Shown: piece by piece, positions 58,901 through 64,000 of the stretch
How the letters are laid out: each line of letters begins with the position of its first letter
Numbering within the stretch: position 1 is the stretch's first letter
Assembly: GCA_963822445.1 (NCBI GenBank)
Contig: CAWGHO010000001.1
Location: forward strand, 576,001-640,000
Direction: 5' to 3'
DNA: 64,000 nt
From: an uncultured Acidobacteriota bacterium
Lineage (GTDB): Bacteria > Acidobacteriota > Thermoanaerobaculia > Gp7-AA8
Program-made: the position numbers and the translations under genes
Notes under the pieces: model-generated
Databases searched by the model: none
Told to the model about the DNA's origin: nothing
What the model saw: the letters and a program-made list of their open reading frames with translations, nothing else

Positions 58901-61900
58901 ACCAGACCTACAGCGCGAGCGCATCTGGCAACTACACCGTCGTCGTCACCACGGACGGCTGTGCCAGCGCCGCTTCCTCCGCGACCACGGTCACCGTGAA
59001 TCCGAGTCCGGCCACCCCGACGATCACTCCAGACGGACCGACGACCTTCTGCACCGGCGGCAGCGTGCTCCTTACCTCCAGCAGCGCGAGCGGCAACCAG
59101 TGGTATCTCGGCGGCAATCCGATCGGCGGAGAGACCAACCAGACCTACAGCGCGAGCGCATCCGGCAACTACACGGTCATCGTGACGACGAACGGCTGCG
59201 CGAGTGCGACTTCCTCCGCGACCACGGTCACCGTGAACCCGATCCCGGCCACGCCAAGCATCAACGCCGGTGGCCCGACCACGTTCTGCGCTGGCGGCAG
59301 CGTGTTGCTCACGTCGAGCAGCGCCAGCGGCAATCAGTGGTACCTCAACGGCAATCCGATCGGCGGTGCCACGAACCAGACCTTCGACGCCGGCGCGTCG
59401 GGTAACTACACAGTCATCGTCACGACGAATGGCTGCGCGAGTGCGGCTTCCTCCACGACCACGGTCACCGTGAATCCGACTCCGGCCACGCCGACGATCA
59501 CTCCAGACGGACCGACGACCTTCTGCACCGGCGGCAGCGTCCTGCTCACGTCGAGCAGCGCCAGTGGGAACCAGTGGTACCTCAACGGCAATCCAATCGG
59601 CGGAGAGACCAACCAGACCTACAGCGCGAGTGCATCCGGCAACTACACGGTCATCGTCACGACGAATGGCTGCGCGAGCGCGGCTTCGTCCGCGACGACC
59701 GTGACGGTCAACCCGATCCCGGCCACGCCAACCATCACACCAGATGGCCCGACCACGTTCTGCGCGGGCGGTAGCGTGTTGCTCACTTCGAGCAGCGCAA
59801 GCGGCAATCAGTGGTACCTGAACGGCAATCCAATCGGCGTAGAGACCAACCAGACCTACAGCGCGACCGCATCAGGCAACTACACCGTGGTCGTCACCAC
59901 CAACGGCTGCGCCAGCGCCGCCTCGACCGCGATCACGGTGACGGTGAATCCCACGCCCGCCACGCCGACCATCGAAGCCGACGGTCCCACGACCTTCTGC
60001 ACCGGCGGCAGCGTGTTGCTCACCTCCAGCAGCGCCAGCGGCAACCAGTGGTACCTCAACGGCAATCCAATCGGCGGAGAGACCAACCAGACCTACAACG
60101 CAACCGCGTCGGGCAACTACACGGTCGTCGTCACGACGAACGGCTGCGCGAGTGCGGCTTCGTCCGCGACGACCGTGACGGTCAACCCGATCCCGGCCAC
60201 GCCAACCATCACACCAGATGGCCCGACCACGTTCTGCGCGGGCGGTAGCGTGTTGCTCACTTCGAGCAGCGCAAGCGGCAATCAGTGGTACCTGAATGGC
60301 AACCCGATTGGTGCCGCGACGAACCAGACGTACAGCGCGAACGTATCCGGCAATTACACGGTCGTCGTGACCACCAACGGCTGCGCGAGCGCCGCGTCCT
60401 CGGCAACGGCGGTGACGGTGAATCCCACGCCCGCCGCACCGACCATCGAGGCCGACGGTCCCACGACCTTCTGCACCGGCGGCAGCGTCCTTCTCACCTC
60501 GAGCAGCGCCAGCGGCAATCAGTGGTATCTCGACGGCACTCCGCTCAATGGCGAGACCAGCCAGACCTACAACGCCACCGCCGCCGGCAACTACACCGCG
60601 ATCGTGACCACGAATGGCTGCACCAGCCCGGCCTCCGCGGCAACCACGGTCACCGTGAATCCAATCCCGGCCACGCCCACCATCAATGCCGGCGGTCCAA
60701 CGACGTTCTGCACCGGTGGCAGCGTGTTGCTCACTTCGACCAGCGCAAGCGGCAACCAGTGGTACCTGAACGGGACTCCGCTCAACGGCGAAACCAATCA
60801 GACCTACAACGCCACGGCGTCCGGCAATTACACCGTCGTCGTCACCGCCAATAGCTGCGCGAGCGCGGCGTCCGCGGCCACCACGGTCACCGTGAATCCA
60901 ATCCCCGCCACGCCGACCATCAACGCCGGCGGCCCAACGACCTTCTGCGCGGGCGGCAGCGTCCTCCTCACTTCGAGTAGCGCCAGCGGCAACCAGTGGT
61001 ACCTGAACGGCAACCCGATCGGCGGCGAGACCAACCAGACCTACAACGCCACCGCCGCCGGCAACTACACCGTAGTCGTCACCACGGACGGTTGCACCAG
61101 CGCGGCCTCCGCGACGACGGCCGTCACGGTAAACCCCGTCCCGGCCACGCCCACCATCACCGGCGCGTCGAGCTTCTGCGCCGGCAGCAGCACTCTCCTC
61201 ACCTCGAGCAGCGCCACCGGCAATCATTGGTTCCTGAACGGCAATCCCATCGGCAGCGCGACGGACCAGACCTACAACGCCACCGCCGCCGGCAACTACA
61301 CGGTCGTGGTCACGACCAGCGGCTGCGCCAGCGCACCGTCGGCCGCGAAGACGGTCACCGTCACCCCGCTCCCGGCAACGCCGACCATCAGCGCCGGCGG
61401 TGCGACCACCTTCTGCGCGGGCGGCAGCGTGCTCCTCACCTCCAGCAGCACCACCGGCAATCAGTGGTTCCTCAACGGCAACCCCATCGGCGGCGCGACC
61501 AGCAGAACGTTCAGCGCCGGTGCCAGTGGAAGCTACACGGTCGTGGTCACGACCAACGGCTGCAGCAGCGCGCACTCCGCAGCGACCACCGTGACTGTCA
61601 AGCCGATGCCGTCCGCTCCGGCCATCAACGCCGGCGGCCCGACCACCTTCTGCGAAGGCGGAAGCGTGACCCTCAACTCGAGCACCGCCACCGGCAATCA
61701 GTGGTACCGCGATTACATTCTTCTGGCCGGCCAGACCGGACAGTCGATCCTCGTCACCACCGCCGGCTCCTACTCGGTGACGACCACCCTGGATGGTTGC
61801 ACCAGCGCGGCGTCGACCCCGACGTACGTGACCGTCAATCCCAGGCCCGACGCGACGATCACCGTCGCCTCGCCGATGTTCTCCGGTGCGAGCGCCAACG

Positions 61901-62673
61901 CCACCGTCGCCGAATCCTGCCTCGGCGCGACCTTCGCCTGGACCATCACCGGCGGCACGATCACCTCCGGAAACGGCACGCGCAGCATCACCTTCACGGC
62001 CGGCTCAGCCGGCACGCTGGTTCTCGGCGTCACCGTGACGAACGCCTTCGGCTGCGTCGATTCGAAGACCGCGAACGTGTCCGTGCAACTGGCTTCCTTC
62101 GGTGCCCCACCGGTCCTCAAGGCGACCGCCACCGGCACGACCACCACGAATCTCATCTGGGCGGCCGTCGCTTCCGCCGCCAATTACGAGGTGTACCGCG
62201 CCACCGACGGCGTCAACTTCACGCCGCGCGGAACGACTGCCGCAACCACGTTCGGCGATTCGGGGCTCACGCCCTCGACGACGTACTTCTATCAAGTGCG
62301 GGCGATCAAGGCCGACAACACCCCGTCGGCATTTTCGGCAATCGATCCGGCAACGACCGTGGTATTCACCGACGATCCGTACACGGCGACGTGCCCGCCG
62401 ACGATCCGGGCCGTTCACGTCAGCGAGCTGCGCAGCGCGATCAACATCCTCCGCGCGAGCGTCGGCTTGTCAGCGTTTGCATTCACCGACCCGACCATCG
62501 TCCCGGCGGTCACGACGATCAAGGCGGTGCACGTTGCGGAAATGCGCACGGCACTCAACGCCGCGCTCGCCGTCATCGGCGTGACACCGGTTTACACGCA
62601 CCCGACCCTCACGCCTCCCTCAACGACGGTGAGAGGCATCGACATGCAGGAGCTGCGGGATCTGACCAGGTAA
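52942..62673 (+). CDS. Giant secreted/surface protein: PPD-motif N-domain, carboxypeptidase-regulatory-like domain, 24 Ig-like repeats, FN3, C-terminal helical domain
   Basis: Signal peptide; PPDTTGDVGP, RWGDYS; 79-aa repeats; STTYFYQVRA FN3; FTDDP...AVHVSELR tail. Confidence 0.9.
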   Translation: MNRALCALLLTMLLLPVLDGAAAKERPRKPAKETKVERQSPEAKRVTAVVKAERKQTGGPPADTPAQGKQPVKIGPPVEREMKKAKGKVFDLRALPSTPPRQRERPERHGPPPNPVMIEPPAGTSSPSIGEEGFRLPAIEAAAPAPISTFDGLDRENWGAGSPPDTTGDVGPTHYIQGVNTSVGVYRKSDGFRLAAFTFDTLMSQGNFGNLCDTDNFGDPVVLYDTFEDRWILTDFAFQLDGQGNINPPVAYQCFAVSMSGDPVSGGWNFYSIEVTDGLHDYEKLGVWSDGIYMSANMFGFSASGTFQGVRAWALNKAQMYAGSPTVQIVQFDIGSGDFTVVPSNARLQTGTPPPGRPNLFTSTWNYLNAVSVYKFAVNWTSIGLSTLTGPDVPLAGTSWPDAGPANVPQSGTAQLLDALPLRAMVQNQYTNLGGTESLWIPHTVRRANNTGFAAPRWYEVNVTGGTVAASIPQAATWDPDAANVTHRFMPSLAVDRARNMALAYSTSSGTTFPSIKYAGRLATDPVNTFSQTEQTLFAGTASQTSSERWGDYSSVMLDPDGCTFWITNQYANPAAQTFDKRWKTRIGSFRYSQCTMVGAGGALSGTVTATAGGAPINGATVALGARSTTTNAAGAYAFTAIPAGTYPSMTVSLPGYTSATATNIPITDGGTTTRDFSLGTASSNACLTDTSQADFQAGVGTDVSFTVTPGSVTLGSVDATDQITTNYTTSGIGFSGTSFAGQTFTPGVTGALKRIDVEIFCASCSGTNPNLTVEARTTSGGNIVMTAGGLLASATIAGTSSGSGGFLTFNFVTPPTLTAGTQYGFVVRSVTTRTTGTQAVLVSDGDGLTGGRRQTCSSASCSNSTGQSNDIVFISYMNVGFASSGTFVSSTKDGNPAFGMTPAWSTITWNGVIPANTTLQIQMAGSNSAAGPFNFVGPDGTGATYFASGASIAQFNSFRYLQYKAYFTTSNAAVTATLNDVALCYQSVACPGSAPTITPTPAQVCASSTGNTASGPAGMTAYAWSITNGTITAGATAQTVMYTAGTTATVTLMLVVTEPGGCQKATVLNVPVFGVTPTINAGGPTTFCAGGSVLLTSSSASGNQWYLNGNPLNGETNQTYTATASGNYTVVVTDNGCTSAPSSATTVTVNAIPATPTITPGGPTTFCAGGSVLLTSSSASGNQWFLNGNPIGAATNQTYSATASGNYTVVVTTNGCASAASSATNVTVNPIPATPTITPGGPTTFCAGGSVLLTSSSASGNQWFLNGNPIGAATNQTYSVSASGNYTVVVTTNGCASAASSATSVTVNPIPATPTITPGGPTTFCTGGSVLLSSSSASGNQWYLDGNPIGAATNQTYSASAAGNYTVIVTTNGCASAASSATAVTVNPIPATPTINAGGPTTFCAGGSVLLTSSSASGNQWFLNGNPIGAATNQTYSASASGNYTVVVTTNGCASAASSATSVTVNPTPATPTITPDGPTTFCTGGSVLLTSSSASGNQWYLNGNPIGAATNQTYSASASGNYTVIVTTNGCASSASAPTTVTVNPIPATPTINAGGPTTFCAGGSVLLTSSSASGNQWYLDGNPIGGATNQSFSAGASGNYTVVVTTNGCSSAASSATSVTVNPTPAIPTITPDGPTTFCAGGSVLLTSSSASGNQWYLDGNPIGAATNQTYTATAAGNYTVVVTTNGCASTASAATTVTVNPIPATPTINAGGPTTFCVGGSVSLTSSSASGNQWYLNGNPIGAATNQTYSASASGNYTVVVTTNGCASAASSATSVTVNPTPATPTITPDGPTTFCAGGSVLLTSSSASGNQWYLDGNPIGAATNQTYTATAAGNYTVVVTTNGCASAPSAATAVTVNPIPATPTVNAGGPTTFCAGGSVLLTSSSASGNQWYLSGNPINGATNQTFDAGASGNYTVVVTTNNCASAASSATAVTVNPTPATPTITPDGPTTFCTGGSVLLTSSSASGNQWYLNGNPIGGETNQTYSASASGNYTVVVTTDGCASAASSATTVTVNPSPATPTITPDGPTTFCTGGSVLLTSSSASGNQWYLGGNPIGGETNQTYSASASGNYTVIVTTNGCASATSSATTVTVNPIPATPSINAGGPTTFCAGGSVLLTSSSASGNQWYLNGNPIGGATNQTFDAGASGNYTVIVTTNGCASAASSTTTVTVNPTPATPTITPDGPTTFCTGGSVLLTSSSASGNQWYLNGNPIGGETNQTYSASASGNYTVIVTTNGCASAASSATTVTVNPIPATPTITPDGPTTFCAGGSVLLTSSSASGNQWYLNGNPIGVETNQTYSATASGNYTVVVTTNGCASAASTAITVTVNPTPATPTIEADGPTTFCTGGSVLLTSSSASGNQWYLNGNPIGGETNQTYNATASGNYTVVVTTNGCASAASSATTVTVNPIPATPTITPDGPTTFCAGGSVLLTSSSASGNQWYLNGNPIGAATNQTYSANVSGNYTVVVTTNGCASAASSATAVTVNPTPAAPTIEADGPTTFCTGGSVLLTSSSASGNQWYLDGTPLNGETSQTYNATAAGNYTAIVTTNGCTSPASAATTVTVNPIPATPTINAGGPTTFCTGGSVLLTSTSASGNQWYLNGTPLNGETNQTYNATASGNYTVVVTANSCASAASAATTVTVNPIPATPTINAGGPTTFCAGGSVLLTSSSASGNQWYLNGNPIGGETNQTYNATAAGNYTVVVTTDGCTSAASATTAVTVNPVPATPTITGASSFCAGSSTLLTSSSATGNHWFLNGNPIGSATDQTYNATAAGNYTVVVTTSGCASAPSAAKTVTVTPLPATPTISAGGATTFCAGGSVLLTSSSTTGNQWFLNGNPIGGATSRTFSAGASGSYTVVVTTNGCSSAHSAATTVTVKPMPSAPAINAGGPTTFCEGGSVTLNSSTATGNQWYRDYILLAGQTGQSILVTTAGSYSVTTTLDGCTSAASTPTYVTVNPRPDATITVASPMFSGASANATVAESCLGATFAWTITGGTITSGNGTRSITFTAGSAGTLVLGVTVTNAFGCVDSKTANVSVQLASFGAPPVLKATATGTTTTNLIWAAVASAANYEVYRATDGVNFTPRGTTAATTFGDSGLTPSTTYFYQVRAIKADNTPSAFSAIDPATTVVFTDDPYTATCPPTIRAVHVSELRSAINILRASVGLSAFAFTDPTIVPAVTTIKAVHVAEMRTALNAALAVIGVTPVYTHPTLTPPSTTVRGIDMQELRDLTR
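56173..61850 (+). repeat. 24 tandem ~237-bp coding repeats
   Basis: PTIxxxGPTTFCxGGSVLLTSSSASGNQWYLNG...GC unit at 237-bp period (one unit 231 bp). Confidence 0.93.
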
Positions 62674-62676
62674 CCG

Positions 62677-63381
62677 TCAGGAGTCGAAGGCCACGCCGCC
62701 GATCGGACGGCCGTGCTTCGCGCCCGGATCGACGCGCGAGTCGAGCAGCTCGCGCAGGTTCGTCATCTCCAGGAAGAGATGGCGATGGCGGATGCAGTGC
62801 ACGGCGATGGAGAAGAACAGCAGCGCCAGCACCGAAAAGTAAACCTGCGAGGCCGGCGTCGATGCCGGCAGCGGAGCACTCGACGGCGCCAGGAACATCT
62901 CCTGGGCCATGACCATCCCGAACAGCGGCAGCGGGAAGAAGACCAGCGCGGAGAGAAAGCGGCTCGCCTGGATGCTGAAGTACGGACGCAGCGACAGCAG
63001 GCTGAGCGACACGAAAAAGCCGAGGGCCATGACTCCCGCGAAATGCACCTCGGCCAGCTGCCCGTCCTCGATGCTGATGATCCGCCACTGCAGCAGAAGC
63101 AATCCCGCGAGCAGCGCCGCCGAGCCCGCGGTGCAGACAACCGCCATCAGCGATGCGAAGAGATTGCGCGCCGCGAGCAGCGCCGCCATCCGCAGAAACA
63201 GCGCCGCGATGCCGAGCCCGGCCACGAGAGCGATGACGATCGCCCAGACCGCGCGCGCCGAGTCCGGAAGCGCGACGAACGCGAGCGTTCCGCTCCGCAT
63301 CTCCCGCGCGACTTCAGCGGCGCTGGTGAGAGCGAGGAAAAGGCAGAAAGCGGTGCCGGCGTAGAAGAGGATCTTGGGCAT
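62677..63381 (-). CDS. Hypothetical multi-pass membrane protein
   Basis: About 6 hydrophobic segments; host-like codons. Confidence 0.7.
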   Translation of the reverse strand: MPKILFYAGTAFCLFLALTSAAEVAREMRSGTLAFVALPDSARAVWAIVIALVAGLGIAALFLRMAALLAARNLFASLMAVVCTAGSAALLAGLLLLQWRIISIEDGQLAEVHFAGVMALGFFVSLSLLSLRPYFSIQASRFLSALVFFPLPLFGMVMAQEMFLAPSSAPLPASTPASQVYFSVLALLFFSIAVHCIRHRHLFLEMTNLRELLDSRVDPGAKHGRPIGGVAFDS

Positions 63382-63403
63382 CAGCGGCGAGGATACAACC
63401 TGT

Positions 63404-63637
63404 TCACTCCTTCATCGAAATGATGTGATCCAGCCGGATCTCCAGCGCGCCCGAGTCCGATGCGAAGCGGATGAATTCGGCCCCGTTCGCGGTGAACACG
63501 TCCTCGACCCGGCCACGCTCTTTCTGCGTCACGCCCTCGAGATCGAACTCCAGCTCCACTTCGGATTTGTGCATCGCCGCGGCTTCGAGCTGGTCGTGGT
63601 AGTCACACGAAACAGGTTCGTAACGTTCCTCAGACAT
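63404..63637 (-). CDS. rof: Rho-binding antiterminator Rof/YaeO-like
   Basis: YEPVSCDYHDQLE...EIRLDHI; GGAGG RBS. Confidence 0.78.
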   Translation of the reverse strand: MSEERYEPVSCDYHDQLEAAAMHKSEVELEFDLEGVTQKERGRVEDVFTANGAEFIRFASDSGALEIRLDHIISMKE

Positions 63638-63703
63638 GCAGAATCCTCCACCTTCGGTCTTTACAACAATGAGGCCAGTTGACGTACGATTCGCGGGCAC
63701 CCC

Positions 63704-63982
63704 ATGTCCCAGCTCAGCACACTCATGCCGGTCGCCTTCGCGGTAATCCTTCTGCTCATCCTGGTGGTCTCCTTCCGCTCGCGGGCGGTGGTCTTCTGCC
63801 AGTACCTCGAGACCATGACCGGGATCAGTCTGAAACCGGCTGATGTGCGCCGCGTATACCGCGAGAAGGGCCGGAATGGCGTCCGCGATCTTTTCCTTGA
63901 TCTCATCATCCGCGAGGACCTGAAAGAGGGCCCGATGGAGATCCCGGACGACGAGCAGGCGTCCGGCTCGGCAGCTCAATAA
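63704..63982 (+). CDS. Small membrane-anchored hypothetical protein
   Basis: N-terminal TM; complete ORF. Confidence 0.6.
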   Translation: MSQLSTLMPVAFAVILLLILVVSFRSRAVVFCQYLETMTGISLKPADVRRVYREKGRNGVRDLFLDLIIREDLKEGPMEIPDDEQASGSAAQ

Positions 63983-64000
63983 AGCAACCTCAATCGAAAG

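Noticed and set aside
56173-61850. CRISPR or DGR interpretation of the long repeat array
   Set aside because: Units are in-frame coding domains varying mainly at synonymous sites; no spacers, cas or reverse transcriptase genes

Overview
GC-rich bacterial window; gene content and the C-terminal domain of the giant surface protein suggest Acidobacteriota (Thermoanaerobaculia-like; inference). It holds housekeeping genes (fused E2-E1 2-oxoglutarate dehydrogenase, dnaE, trxC, agmatinase, cystathionine synthase/lyase), a c-di-GMP/two-component cluster, two SIR2-domain putative defence genes (one SIR2-STAND-TPR beside a decayed tRNA-Asp), a wHTH-STAND regulator divergent from a TIR-TM-trypsin protein, and a ~3240-aa surface protein with 24 Ig-like repeats. 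The strongest signal is an apparently complete IS110-family element (33262-34804) inserted at a CC core inside one arm of a palindromic REP. Its left non-coding end folds into two guide loops: one matches the REP target (CCGCCCG / CCTCCGG) and one matches the element's own circular junction (CTCAGATG / CTATAGG). The junction also rebuilds a TTGACA-17-TATAGC promoter. This reads as a bridge-RNA-guided recombinase with its own specificity. Several small repeat families also sit in frame inside protein-coding genes. All calls come from manual motif reading; no database search was run.
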